Part shown: positions 11,041 to 24,685 of the stretch, in pieces | Layout of the letters: each line of letters opens with the position of its first letter | How positions within the stretch are numbered: the stretch's first letter is position 1 | Assembly (NCBI GenBank): GCA_000002445.1 | Contig: CP000066.1 | Span: 96,001-160,000 of the forward strand | Reading direction: 5' to 3' | DNA: 64,000 nt | DNA from: Trypanosoma brucei | Taxonomy: Eukaryota | Made by a program: the position numbers and the translations under genes | Notes under the pieces: generated by a model | Databases searched by the model: none | Told to the model about the DNA's origin: nothing | Seen by the model: the letters and a program-made list of their open reading frames with translations, nothing else

Positions 11041-11056
11041 TGATATATTTAAATAC
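11041..11056 (+). promoter_or_regulatory. VSG 3'UTR 16-mer-like element (tgatatatttaaatac)
   Basis: About 50 nt after the stop of VSG 9461..10990. Confidence 0.6.
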
Positions 11057-11254
11057 TTTTAGGTGAAAATTTTATAATTAGTGAAATATATGAAAGTTTG
11101 AAATTTTTGTAAAACCAGAAAACGTTAGTAACATACGTATTACTGTGGCCTGTGGGTGTAAAATAATATGGTGATAAGGTATAAAAAAATTAGTGTTTGT
11201 CAAAATAATACTTTTTTGGTTTATTTCTATTTATTTATGGATCTTTGTTAATGT

Positions 11255-11325
11255 TATGATAATTATCATAGGAGTCTGCGGTGAGTGTGTATATACGAAT
11301 ATTATAACAAGGGTGATAATGTTTA
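11255..11325 (+). repeat. 70-bp repeat
   Basis: taattatcataggagtctgcggtgagtgtgtatatacgaatattataacaagggtgataatg. Confidence 0.7.
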
Positions 11326-12300
11326 AAACAGAATGGAAAGGTAAAATAAAAGTACCCAAAGAGATGACAAGGGTGCTATGGAGTCAGTAAGTGGTGCAGT
11401 GCCTAAGAGTAAAACAAAGGGAGATGGAGTATGCTCAGTTTCATACACAAATATAATGCTGCCATCACTATCATACAGAAGGACATGAGGGAGGGGACAA
11501 TAAGGAAGAGGAAGAGTGTTGCGTACAGGCCAAATTTGTTTGCTATACTACAGGCAGAAGCGGTGACAGGAGAAAGAAAAGAATGGAGAATACCGAATGA
11601 AACAAATAACCCCCGAACAGCACAGCGCATAATATGGTGATACATTAGAGGGAGGTGATACCAATATTTGACACGTCTATTTCTGAGTGAAGCGATTGCG
11701 GAGATATTTTGGGGGCAGCAGTGAGTTTTAATCTGATGGTGGAAACGTATGCCAAGTGGTGAGAGCAGAGTGTTGCAAATAGTAGTGTGTCCAGTATTTT
11801 TCAGGGGGTCAACATGTGGCCAAAAGGGTATAGAGGCAGAAGGAAAAGGAAGGTGTTTTTTCGTACTTCATAAGGAACAGGGCATCATTGACGGAGTAGC
11901 GTAAAGTAAACCCAGAGTCTGTGGATTCTTGATGACAATCTACAACCCAAACTGATATTTTCCAGCAAATTCTGGGCAAAAAAACGTCTGTGCAATAAAC
12001 GGATAGGACTCTGAACAATGCCTAGAAGGCGGCACCGAATAAATTCTGGACACGATATACGGCCCCCCCCCAAAAGACAACGCGGTATGTTATACCACTT
12101 TCAGCATTACATCGAAAATTCGAAAATAAAAAACAGCCACAACGGCGCCAACCGAGCAAGAAGTCACACACTCTGCCCCAGCGCCGCGAGGCCAAAAAAA
12201 ATAAGATACTACCCCGCAACAGTTGTCACCACAATCGCCGACATTTGCCCCTTTCCTTAATATAGTGCAGAAAAAGCTGTTGCAACCACCGTTCCTGGCG

Positions 12301-13852
12301 ATGCCACAACAGGACCCAGCCAGAATAGGACTAGCGGCGCTTTTTTTGCTACTGCGCGCTAGCTTCAAATCAACAGAGTCAGCTGAACCGGCAGCAGCAG
12401 ACAACGCCGAAGCCTACGCAACGATCTGCGCGCTCGTAGCCATAGCGAAAACGCCATACAGCGGCCCTAAAGACGACATAACCGACAGCGACATAGTAGA
12501 TGTCATATCAGCAGTAAACCTAACCGCAAGCGGCCAAAGCGTAACAGCAGCGGCAATAGAAGCGCTAGAAAGGGAATATGCGCAACTAGATGAATCAAAC
12601 GGCGCAAAACAGGCATGCACACACAAAGGCTGGGGCTTCTGCAAAAAAAAAATGCAAAATACAACAAAAATCATAACGGAAACGAGGTGTTACTAAAGTG
12701 GGCGAAGCGGAAACTCAAGAGAGAACCGACTAATCAACTTCACAGACTAGCACGCGAAGCAGTACTTTTAGAAGACGACATAGCCAGCACAGACTTTTCA
12801 AAAGACGTCCAAACGGTCCGGCAAAAACTAAAAGAGGCATTAATCGGAAAAGAAGCCATAGATTCAGTTGCTAAAACTATTCCGGACGGCAAAACAAGGG
12901 CCGGAACTTGTAGCAGCCCGGGCGGGACAAAAACGAACAACAATGCCGGGGCAAGCCTCCAACAGGATGTGATGTGCCTTTGCGGCATGCACACGGGAGA
13001 CACCGAAGGTGGTCTTAAAGTGTGCGCAAAACTTGACAGCGATCCAACTGTTGCGCTCATCTCGAACACAGACACTCAACAGGACTGGGTAAAATTCCGG
13101 GACCACTGTGACAGGGTATCAAACACAATGCATTTAACTAAAGAAACAATAAACACGGCACTGCAGAACTTTATCAAGTTAATATCTCAGCCACAAACAA
13201 CCAGTTTCGACAAAGCCTTCATTTTGGGGAAGATACACGGCACCGGCAACACAGGGTGCGACGGCGACGGCACGTCCAACAACAATGGTCGCTGCGTCCA
13301 ATACAAAAAGGCATATACAACAGAAGCCGGGACAACAATACCTTGGATAGTAGCAGTCGGACAGGCGGCGGCAGCTGTGGATAGTGTCCATAAAAAGGCG
13401 TACCAGCGCCACGCCATAAGCATGCGGCTGAGGAGCTTAAAGTAAGCTCTATAGACACTAGCAGCCGACCCCGATAAAACCACCGCCACACAGTCTGCAA
13501 CAAAACCGCAAAAAACAGCGCCCAGCGCCAAAGCTTGCGGGCAGCACATCAGAAATGAAACCTGCACAGAAAATAACTTCAAATGGGATGGAAATACTGA
13601 GGACAAAGGCACATGAAAAGTAGATGAAAGTAAAGTTAAAACTCAGACCAATACAGGAGAAGCAGGAGGAGAAGCAGGAGAAAAAACAACGGGGTGTGCA
13701 GCGCACTTCAATGATAAAAACGCTTGTGAAAAAATGAATGAAGGGAAGGGGAAACATGTATGTGCGTGGAAGAAAGACGGTGAAGGTGACAAGAATAAGG
13801 ACGAGCTTAGGTGCCGAAATAGTAGTGTTCTCGTAAATAAAAAATGGCTCTG
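12301..13852 (+). pseudogene. VSG pseudogene (frameshift plus in-frame stops in the CTD)
   Basis: ORFs 12223..12696 and 12615..13445 overlap in different frames. A signal peptide starts at MPQQDPARIGLAALFLLLRA. CTD-like sequence at 13500-13850 (CTENNFKWDGNTEDKGT*, SSVLVNKKWL) is broken by stops. Confidence 0.7.
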
Positions 13853-13949
13853 ATAGCTTCTTTTTTTATGTATTTGGTAGAATTCTATTATTATAAACTT
13901 TTTTCTCAGTTTTGTGAAATTTATGAAACTTTGCCACTTTGAGAGAATT

Positions 13950-13965
13950 TGATATGCTTTAACAC
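13950..13965 (+). promoter_or_regulatory. VSG 3'UTR 16-mer-like element (tgatatgctttaacac)
   Basis: Motif similarity to the conserved VSG 3'UTR element. Confidence 0.5.
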
Positions 13966-14139
13966 TTTTAGTTAAAATGTGCAAATTAGTAAAACTTTTG
14001 AGAAAATGAAAATAATAAATTTTAGTTGATAATGGTCTATAAGTGCAAATTAATAGTGTAAAAGAGTATGAAAAATGGGTGCTGTTCTAATTTGGTTTAT
14101 TTGGTTATTTTTAAAATTGATTGATATTTGTTGTGGTTA

Positions 14140-14225
14140 TAGTAATATACCAACAGTAATGATGGTGGTGATAAGAGTGTTTTGTGATTATTTATATACT
14201 AATATTATAATAAGAACGATTGTGA
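14140..14225 (+). repeat. 70-bp repeat, with no intact VSG downstream of it
   Basis: taatgatggtggtgataagagtgttttgtgattatttatatactaatattataataagaacgattgtgaagac. Confidence 0.7.
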
Positions 14226-16649
14226 AGACTAAATTGAAGATAAAAATGGAAGTACTCAAAGCAATAGCAAGGGTGCGATGAGAAAGAGAAAACACGAAGA
14301 ATATTATTAAAGGAGAGGAAGAAAGACAGAAAGGGAAGGAGATAGAATATGCACAGTTTCAAACACAAATAATACGACTGGCACCATAATCAGGGATGAA
14401 GTAATACCCCCTTTTCGCTTAAAAATGGGTAGGTGCGGTAGAAACTCTAAAATGGTTGAATCTGGTTTCAATCGGATAGTGGATTCAAACGTTCAGTATG
14501 AAGCAGAAGCAGTAGAAATAAGGGATTGGGTAAGTGTAAGTTAATGCCAAAGTGCTCTACACGTCAGGTATAGTAATAGTGGCAAACATTTGTGGGAAAC
14601 GATATAATATTATTGTTTAAATATTTTAAAACTACGACTACAAATGGATTGCTCTGGATATAAAAATAAGAACAAAAACCCGGAAACTGCTTAAAATAGC
14701 GCATATTTGAACGGTGGAGGGAACTCTGTATGATCAGCAAGGGGTTGCTAGGATTACTTTGCCGGTTTCATATTGTCACAACGCTACGCTGTTATGCGCT
14801 TTGAAGAAGCGGGGTTCTTTAGAAGGATGAGGGCTGGTGAAGCTTTACTGGGGCACATGAAGCATGGAGAAAAGAAATTCAGCATGCAGCTCAATATATA
14901 TATATATTCAATTCTTGAGCGCAAGGGGAGCACCCACGCACAGGATTTGAAACCCAAGAAGGTGAACCGTGTTGGTGAAAAGCAGCGCCATTGCTTTGCT
15001 ATTTCAACCGCGCGTACTAGATATGAGAATATGGAAAATAGAACAAATTAAAAACTAGAAATATTAAACGTTTAAGTTGTATATAGAGAGAGGTTTTCAA
15101 TATATCATAGAAATAGGGGAATCTCGTGATAGGGGCGGTATATAGAAATTTTTATAAATAACCGACTCGATCCGTCAGGATGCTTTTGACTGATATAACA
15201 TACAAAGCAGAAGTGAGGCCAAAACAACAGCGACGGTGGCTACCGCCCGATCGCAGAAATCTAATACGCTGGCTTGTGTAACCACATCTCAAGAAAAAGT
15301 GGCCGAGAACCCCTGACTTCCAGCATAAGGTCGAAACAGTAGCGGCGCCAATCTTTTTGTGAGTCTGCCGCTGAACCCCTAACACGAGGGATGCAAATCC
15401 TTCTTTTAAAGAACCGGTATTACCAACTGCAAGTAAGAAAGAGGTTGAAAGTAACACACCTCAGTAAAAAACCAACGTTATTACTTCACAGCCATCTCAG
15501 GTGTTATTCAAATAATAATAATAATAATAGGGAACTCGCTGCAATTTGTGGCAGTGACAATAATTGCATCATTAGCTGTCGAGAGAAGTGTATTAACAGC
15601 AAAGATCCTTCAAACAAGGGCCTTCTAACAAACATTAAAGAGGCCGTCCGTACTGAAATACTACCAGGCGTACGATGCTCGCCTTCAAGCCAACTTTTTC
15701 TCTCTTCGTGAGGAATTACTTATCCGCGGCTTACGGTACCTGCTTACTTGCGAAACACACGGTGAGGAGTGCAAGGGATGTGCAAACATTGTATGTCACC
15801 CACCGCATTCCCCCTGTCAAATATATCGCACAATCATGCAGAAGCTCTTCGCTGTCGAAGTAGAAAGACAAAGGGAACCGCTACCACCAGCCACCCTAAC
15901 TTTCTCCTCCAGTTTTTTGTCACATATAACACTATCATCGGACGTGCATGCCGATTCGTATGACGGCGTTCAGCTTGAATTATGTAAGAAATTGATTGTA
16001 AGGCACTACCGTGCAAAGGGAACCCAACTAAATTCCATGCCGCATTTTGAAGTATGAGCAGACGGATCTGTTTCCTTAGGAATAAAATCAGGAGCTGCCT
16101 CAACGACATATAGGAATGACAATCCCATCTCGACGGTTCACTGTGGAGCCGGAACAATAGCGTGTAGCTACCGACCCGAGTGCATAGTAATGTTCGAGGT
16201 TTTGCATAAAATGATAAGCATATTACAACCGAAGGGAGCTCATCCGTGTAAAATGTCTCTTTCTACTGACCGGCGGTCGCTGTTCGAGGCACTACGAATG
16301 GGAAAAACAGCGGTAAAGGCAGGAATTTTGCGGCAGACTTGGATAGCACTCTTGGGTATCGGATATCATAGCACCAGCATCTGCCTTCAGTTTATTTTTG
16401 GACATTGTGTAGAAAAGAATGAATTGACGAACACAAAAGCGAGGGCACATGCAAACGTTCCTCAACAAGACGTTGGGTGAATACCCGACATCACTGCCTT
16501 GGAAAAGTGACACCTCAGGGTGAGCAGAGAGAAACTGAAGACACACAGGTTGGAAATGACCGGTGAATGGCAACCAACTAAAGAAGATTTGCCACTAAAC
16601 CGATAGAGCAGGTGAAGTCGCCAATTCCGCATTGGGACATCGAACACAT

Positions 16650-18560
16650 ATGGATGGTTGCTGCGGAGGATAAACAAAACAGTTCCTAACAGGTGCAGAT
16701 GGTGTGAAACCCATCTCTGCGCACACTGCGGGAAAATAAATTCCGATAGAGCTCACGTAGTGTTTCATACGAACCGAATGCACGGTGCACCCTACCATGA
16801 GGCATTGCGCCGGTTGAAACGTGCTGCACACCCTGGTGATGCTGGCCACATCAAGGTGGTGTCAGAGTCCAGTACCCCGTCTCATCGGGGGAAGCCAAGA
16901 GCCAGCAGCGTTCTTCTCATGGGGAACACTGCTTTGCTTCGGCTACAGCGTCATACAGCACAGGGATCAGCAGCGTCTTTCTGGGACAGCGTCTTTTATT
17001 TGTCGGTCCCTGGGCACGTGGCAAGCGTGCCATCAGCAGTATCATCCGCACTAAGATGCTGCAGAACTTGGGTTGGTGCCTGAAATTTCACCCTATAACC
17101 CCTGCCACATCCACCGAAGTCGTATGTGATCAGTGTCTGTAACAAATCCTATGGAAACAAAGGAGGGCTCGCATGGCCCAAAACTCGATGCCTTCACGGC
17201 AAAACGAGAAAGTTAGACGATGAAATGTCGGAGAAGCGGAAAGAAGATGAAAATATCAAACAGCACAAATTGGTTTGCGCAGAACGTGGCTTTCAATCCA
17301 AGAGCGCAGGTGTACTAACATTGCACAGGCCACAGAAACACTACATGACCAACGACAGTCCCTTTCCACCCCACACTGGCGGAACCATAATCCACACTGA
17401 ATATGATAAAAAACACACTCCAGTGAGGAATCTGTGGGTTCAAATTGATTTAGCAGAGAGGCTCGACAATGCGTCATGGAATAAAGAGCAGAGGTCAGCT
17501 TTAGCACATCATTCCAGTGGTGGAGAAACGGATAGGCACACAAAGTGAAAACCGACCGCATCAACCCCACACCAATGAACAAAGTGATAACACCACCAGT
17601 TCAACCTCTGGAGAAAATGAAGCGATATATGGACCTCGCAGCTATATATTTCACACGTAAATTGGACTAGTGATAAGTCACGGGATGAAATACTGCGAAG
17701 TACAACCGCAAACGGGGTCGCGAGGAATAAAGAGGCAACGGGAACTCGAAGAGAATGCAAGTATTCCAACGAAGAGCTCCCGAGCAACGGAAACGAGAGG
17801 GCATCCAGTGAACGACCCAGTAGGCACATCTGACCCGCTACAATGCACGCAATGTGGCTTTGTATCACAATCAAAAGGGGGAACAACACCAAACACCAAG
17901 ATTCAGCACCGCAGAGGCCATCCCCTGGATAGTAACGCTGGTACAAAACGGAGCCGTTCCATCACAGAACAAGAGGTATCCCTCATTTGGAAAACGGTAA
18001 CTATAGGTGTAAATGACACCTGTTGCACGCAATGCCGTCATACGCATGTACCAAAAGACAGCCTGATGGAGCACTTCGGGGGAATGCATAGACAGCATCC
18101 CTTCTCCGTAGCAAAAGAATCTCCACCACCGCTCCGGAGCTTCAACGTCAGAGGGTTTCATCTACACTTCATGTTCGTAAACAGAAATAAGACGTCCCAC
18201 TCAACATCAGGTTCATCTATACATCGCCATCAAAAACATGAAATCTGCGTTGAAAGGAAACATACATACTCCAACGAATGCGAAGAGAATCCCACCCACA
18301 TACTCGTGCGCTCGAGCCTAAAGTGCTCCGCAGTTACTTCGGGCTTGAGGGCGAAAATATGCAGAAGATAGTGTTCACCAAGAACCTTGCACAATTCCTC
18401 CTAGAAATCGAGAAACCCCTCATTCTCTTCCAGCCTGTACTTTCTTCATTCGAGAGGAACACCCCTATAAAGGAGAATAGACTACACAAAAAGCTGCCCA
18501 CTCCTCTGAATGAAAATTGTAAACTCCACTATGCTCTTCTACGTTTGGGTCAAAAAAAAA
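16650..18560 (+). mobile_element. Degenerate non-LTR retrotransposon relic (ingi/DIRE-like, 3' part) with C2H2 zinc-finger ORF fragments
   Basis: Plus ORFs 16658..17083, 17126..17548 and 17670..18371 carry C2H2-like motifs (CRWCETHLCAHCGK...H..H; LQCTQCGFVSQSKGG...HRRGH; CCTQCRHTHVPKDSLMEHFGGMH). Reading frames are broken. The segment ends in an A-run (aaaaaaaaaagaagagg at 18548-18565), as expected for a poly(A) retroelement 3' end. The family was not verified. Confidence 0.35.
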
Positions 18561-20510
18561 AGAAGAGGCAGAAGCCTTTCACTCTCAAGTAAACTGTTTT
18601 CGCAATTAAGGAAGACCGAGGACTAAAAGCTGAACGTTTGCAACTGGTCACGCATAATTAGTTGGGAAATAACATAAAATAGTTCCTCTGGAAGCAAATA
18701 TGGTGCGCTCTGACCTAGATGGCAATTCGTTGAGAGCACGTCCCGTACAGAGCACGATGTACAAAAAGAAAGGATTACTTTTCCCCGAATGAAGTATATA
18801 AACACTAGTGGGGAACAATTATCCTTTTTATATTGCCTTGGAATCGGGAGTGTACAGCTCATTTGGGAGGGTAGGTTTCCAAAATCAGCTTTTTGCAGGG
18901 ACCCGCTTGCTGCCAACAGCCTTCTGTTAAAAAATACTAATTTTTTTTTTCTATAGGCGGAACGAGGTTGGTATTACCGTGGAACTGAGAATAGATCAAC
19001 GTAATGGAAATTACGCCCCGTTCATTATAATTTTGCAGTCTTCTTTAACTCCCCTTTTAAAGGATCCGATTTTTTAGCACTATGAAGTAAGCCTGAAGAT
19101 GTTTTAATGCATCCATGCACTGAAATGGCTCTACACCTAGGGCACATGGAAACGACAATGCGCTATTCCGAGGATTTTTTATCGCGAACCTCACGCGGTA
19201 GCTATTAAAGCGGTGAGTGAAACAAAAAGAGCCGCTACTCCCAGCAAGATTAAATTTTTGTAAAGGAAGGGTAATACTGCCATTCTATCAAGACAACATT
19301 TGAGTGGAGTTGTTGAAAGCTTTGCTGGTGCAGCGGATCAAGTGAAAATACCGATCCATGGTGCTGTAACCCGCTGATACGGCGCCATGGTAAATACAAT
19401 GTTTGTTTCATTCCTGTAAATGAGGGGTTAAGTAGAAATGATAGTTTTCGAAGGATCTACCACAGTGCCACACAACTTGTGCCAAAAGACCACCTTGATT
19501 TCCGGCACAACCGCTACATTGTCCTTAAATGCAGCAACCTGAAACGCGTTGCTACAAATGTGTGGGTGATGCCCCGCGCTTCCCCAATATATCTAACCGC
19601 ATCGCTTTGGAAACAACCCAGTGAAATGTTTCACTCGTTTCCACCGCTTCCCCGTTATTCCAATGTTTGTCACCGTTCCCACATATACTTCGCAACTTTA
19701 CCTCTGAGGTGCTGTCCCTCGATAGAGGTTTAAATAATTAAAAACCTTTCAACAAAAGCTAACAGTAAGAGGCAAACGCGCATTACGCATATGCACATGC
19801 GTGCACAAACTTCCATCTTTATTCTAAAACACCTCCATTTCACAAAAGAGACAACGGACATCTTTCCCCTAAAAAGGATTTTGCTTCACTCGACGCACTA
19901 GGCGTTACATCCAGGGTTATGATCCCCTCGTTCAGAAGGCACTCCAAGCCCTCTTCACACACCACATCCGCTGTTCTCTACCCTCCCTTAAGGCCACCTT
20001 ACAAACGCACCGTTTTCACCGTGTTTTGACTTCACTGAAGGGCGGTGGTTTGGTAATGAGCGTCCTCTTAATACTCCAAGGATGGGCACCTGAAATGTAA
20101 ACGATGGTGTTGGTCATGTGTGTACCGTCTTTCTTATAGCATGTCGCCCACTGGCAACTCACATTTAAGCCATAGGTCACAGAGGAAACAACTCAACGCA
20201 GTAACTGAGAAGCCACTCTTCCACCAGTGCTTCATTTCTATATCCTACAGCCTTTTCCAACTCCTAGAAAAACAGAAAGGTTCTGAAAGTTAAGCAACCG
20301 GTAAGAACATTGCTTCATACACACAAAATGTACATACAAGCATCTTAGACATTATAAAACCACCGCTGCACAAGGTTTCGACTTTTTCCACGTAAACACA
20401 GCATGTTAATACACAAAAAATTGTTAAGCACATGGGAGCCGCAAACTCGCACAAAAGCATGTATATAAACACATATGTTTGTGAAGGGAAAATGTATATG
20501 AACATGTTTG

Positions 20511-21503
20511 TCAAATGGTGGAATTAGTATTACTCACATTACCAGCAACACCAATGTCAAGTAGCAGCGAAGTGAAGTTTCCATGGACCCAGTTAAAGTG
20601 GGAATTGAGGGAAGTAATATTTGCCATCATATCCAGAAGCGCGAAAGGCGGTTTCCCAGCAGCAAAAGGTGTGATGAGGGTGGAGAAAATTTGCTGTATC
20701 TCGAGCGTCAGTTGAAAATAGAAGGCACCATGCCGGTCTTCGCCTCTCCACTCCAATATTTTTCTTGAACTCTGCACGGCGCCACTCCTATATAAGTTGT
20801 CCCTCAGTCTATTAAGGCATTCGCTTACGGAACCATTTAGTATCGTTATTGTGAGACAGCCATCCTTATACTTTTGAAGGGAACTCTCAGTCACGCTGTT
20901 TTCTAGAGGACAGGTTTGGTCACCACAACTAGCCTCAAAGTTTTCAACGGCGCTAAACTCTTGACGGCTACATTTAGCCATATCGGAATCCAGCCCTACT
21001 GCCTTCACGTCATTCCAAACAGTCTTTGTAATCACAGCAATGGCTGTATAGTATTTATTCGCTTTGATGAGAGTATTGGGTAATTCGTTCCTGACTTCCC
21101 TCACACTCTCATTAACCTCAGCAAATAATCCACCCACCTTAGCTACAAGGTCCCCCATTTCATTTCCATAGGATATAAGTTTTTCCAATTTATCATTTTG
21201 TTCTCCCATTGAGCTGCTGAAAACACTCAAGTATGTTGTGCTTTCGCCTGTTTTCCCTTCCATATCATCTAATATACGAGACGCATTTGCGTATACTTCT
21301 TCATTCACAAACAGCCTCTGCTCTCCATCAGTGTATAATTTGTTTAATGCATTTGACAAGCAATGTAGGTAGCATAACGAAACATTTATGTGTGCAAACC
21401 CCCCGACGTCCGCCACTAACCTGCATTTGCCGCCCTCTTCCTCTCCACCAATGCAAATAACAAAAAAATATAAGATAATCAACTCCACAGCTACGACTTT
21501 CAT
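20511..21503 (-). CDS. ESAG-like surface glycoprotein (ESAG1-family-like, tentative), 330 aa, apparently lacking a C-terminal membrane anchor
   Basis: It has an N-terminal signal peptide (MKVVAVELIILYFFVICIGG) and many N-glycosylation sequons. It is a paralogue of 24686..25789 and of the fragment at 24149..24562. It ends NTNSTI without a hydrophobic tail, so it is possibly truncated. Confidence 0.5.
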   Translation of the reverse strand: MKVVAVELIILYFFVICIGGEEEGGKCRLVADVGGFAHINVSLCYLHCLSNALNKLYTDGEQRLFVNEEVYANASRILDDMEGKTGESTTYLSVFSSSMGEQNDKLEKLISYGNEMGDLVAKVGGLFAEVNESVREVRNELPNTLIKANKYYTAIAVITKTVWNDVKAVGLDSDMAKCSRQEFSAVENFEASCGDQTCPLENSVTESSLQKYKDGCLTITILNGSVSECLNRLRDNLYRSGAVQSSRKILEWRGEDRHGAFYFQLTLEIQQIFSTLITPFAAGKPPFALLDMMANITSLNSHFNWVHGNFTSLLLDIGVAGNVSNTNSTI

Positions 21504-21548
21504 TGTCTACAGCCCTACACAAAAGAGGAAAAAAGTAAAACACAAACG

Positions 21549-21764
21549 TTATTCAAAAGCATAGGTTGCCAAAGGTACACAGAAATAATGGAGAAACAGT
21601 TCTCCCGACACTAGGAAAAATCGCATAAACAATATTTCTTCAAGAGCCATTAAACCAGCTACCATGTGCTTTTTCATTGTGGTGAATCCCTCATCATCTA
21701 TCATATAGTTGGCAACCTCACTTCCCTTGTGCTTTCTCCCCCTCCACCTGAAACACTCACGCAC
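21549..21764 (-). pseudogene. C-terminal fragment of another ESAG1-like family member
   Basis: The sequence ...YMIDDEGFTTMKKHMVAGLMALEEILFM parallels the C-terminus of the 367-aa paralogue (DMIDEEGFTMRKQHTLIGLIFFAAILVM). Confidence 0.45.
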
Positions 21765-24096
21765 GGTCGCATTTCAGGTCAGCAATTATCTTAATTTTCC
21801 GTTTCGTAAAGCCACTTAAATGGTTGATTTAGTTTGTTGTTTATACAGTGACGGACTTGCACCCACCCCTAATCGCTCTGTATTTTATGATGCAAGAGGC
21901 CTCAGCATCCTCTGAAACTGCGCCTGTACTAGAGTATTTATAGTACGCGAGAAACCGCTAGTAGCCTACACTGCAAATGATCTATACACGGTAACTGCAA
22001 GATATTCAACGTTCGTAATACCGAAGTTCGCGTTTTCACCGATCGTCAACTCAGCTGCGTTGGCATCCGACAAAATTATTTGGTTTTACTATTATTCCCG
22101 TATGTGCCAATATTCGACCCATAATGCAAAAGAAGAGTGCATAATGGATTAGCAGTACACGACACCCTTAGCATATTGGTGTGGAAACATATTTTTGAAC
22201 TCTTCATCTCTGGTCCTTTTGCCGTCGATATGTTTTTGATGCAGAGCACTGATTTATATAATTCCCTCCTCTATATGGGACGTTCTGGAAATTTCCCTTC
22301 GCACAAAGCTACCAACCTCTCATTCCGTACTGGAGTAATGTTATTGGACGGTAAAGCTTCTCATCACAGGAACAGGTGCTGTACACCGTGTTTAATGGCA
22401 ACACCGTATTCGATACATGTTTGTGAATGTGAGAAACGCGTCAAGCATGCAGAGCTCTTTCCATTCCCACTTCACGCACGGTCCATGCATTAAGGTCCGA
22501 CCATGACGGCACAAAGATTTGCGCGAGTACGGCCCACCAAGTCCAATTTTTACTTCGCATACAAGGTACACAGATACATCCACACTTGCACAAGCGAGCA
22601 CAGCAACAAAAAGGTGAGTTAATTTCGTGAACACACATCAGACAGACAGGACCGATGCATCCACTCATAGGTCGTACATTAGCGCGTGCCGGAGCAAGTA
22701 TGCACTTATATTTGGGAACTCAATCGTAAAAAAAATGTAAAAATGCAATTAATAAGATGTGGAAATACCAACTTTGTCGTCGGTAAGGTTGGCATCGAGT
22801 AGCAGCGAAGTGAAGTTCTTGTGGATGGCATGAAGGTGAAAGTATAAAACCTTTACTTCTTTAAGCAGGGGATAAAGAACGGAGGGCAGTAAAAAGGCAG
22901 CAAAGGATTTGACCAGAGGGGCGAGCATTCTGCTTACGCCGATCTGAAGACTGAAAGAGTAGCAGTCCTCCCTACCTCTGTTGGTGCTCCATCATAAAAA
23001 GTCTCCCATATGGTGGCCATATAATCACGTGACAACGCATTTTTGTAATATTTACCCAATCAATGACGGACGCTTTGTTTATATTGCTCTTAAACCAATA
23101 CTAACCGAGGGCAACTTAACCCGATGAAAAAATGCCACCCTAACCACTACCACATCATTTCTATTGCGTGGTCAACATGCCTTACCTCCAATGCGAAAAG
23201 TGCAGAAACATTAAAAAATTTCATCGGGGCCATCAGTCAGCATCAATAGTTTAGACATATCAACGTTTCATTACACATATAGCTGCAGTTAAAAAACTGT
23301 ACTTCTTACTAAAGGGTAAACTTCACCAGCAAATACGCCTCATATTAATATTCATTCTCTCATCTTAATTATTCATATCCACAATCTTAGATGTAATCAC
23401 CAACAGTAATGACTTTAAAGAAAATTATTCTTCCGCGCTTTCCCTCCGTCGAAAGAAATACCACGCCTCAACAATATAGTTACTTGTCGACAGCATAAAA
23501 AAATATTCCTCTTGCGATTATAAAGGACTCGAACCCCCGGAAGAAGGCAAAGAAAAGGAGTGGTTGGAGTAATTATAGTTCAAATAAACCCGCGAAACGT
23601 ATCTAATCCAACACAACCTGTCACAAACTGCGTAACCCCAATACTGCCTGAGATGAAAAAAGTGACGTTGAAGCACGAATACAGTAAGGTTATGTTAGAC
23701 ACCGCTTCGAACGGCACAAAAGATAGTTGTCCGGTAGCAATGGAAACGATAAAGGAGCTGAAGATGCCCTGTACTTTAATTGTGAGGGCGAGAGCATGGC
23801 CATTCATCCATTTAAGTACATCACTTGAGTCTTTTACAGCGTCACTAACATAGGGGACATTCCTAGGTGATTGGTGGAAGAAGTTTATAATACGGCTATG
23901 CACAACATTTATTTCAAGACAGTCATTCTTGTATTTTTTGGAGAGCGTCTTCGCTCACACCACCTAGTAGTGGACACGTATGGGAGCTACACGTATATTG
24001 AAACACTGCGGTATTTTTGACTCCCTTCAGGTCGCACTTGCGATTATCTTCAGATACTTTTCGTCCATCAACCCCTCAGACCGTTCCTGTAATCTC

Positions 24097-24562
24097 AGCA
24101 ATGGCTGTATAGTATTTATTCGCTTTGATGAGAGTATTGGGTTATTTCCTACCTCACTGCTCTTACATTCCCATTAACCTCAGCAAATAATCCACCCACC
24201 TTAGCTACAAGGTCCCCCATTTCATTTCCATAGGATATAAGTTTTTCCAATTTATCATTTTGTTCTCCCATTGAGCTGCTGAAAACACTTAAGTATGTTG
24301 TGCTTTCGCCTGTTTTCCCTTCCATATCATCTAATATACGAGAAGTATTTGCGTACACTTCCTCATTCACAAACAGCCTCTGCTCCCCATCAGTGTATAA
24401 TTTACTTAATGCATTTGAAAGGCAACGGAGATAACATACGGACTCACTTAAAGGTGCGTCACCGTGAGAATCTGTTATCAACGTACACTCACTTTCCTCC
24501 TTCCCATCAATACAGATTACAGAAAATAACGAAACAACCAATTCCACGATCGTAACTTTCAT
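24097..24562 (-). pseudogene. Truncated duplicate (N-terminal 137 codons) of the ESAG-like gene at 20511..21503
   Basis: Nucleotides about 24097-24425 are about 95% identical to about 21041-21370. ORF 24149..24562 (MKVTIVELVVSLFSVICIDGKEE...) matches the N-terminus of the 330-aa protein. Homology stops abruptly at 24097. Confidence 0.7.
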
Positions 24563-24685
24563 TACCTACAATCGCATGTGACGAGAAGCATGAGAGAGAA
24601 GCATACACACCATCAAACGAAAGCGATGGGTGCCACAAGTGTATAGCCTCAATAACAAAGATGTTGCATACAACATAACATTGAA

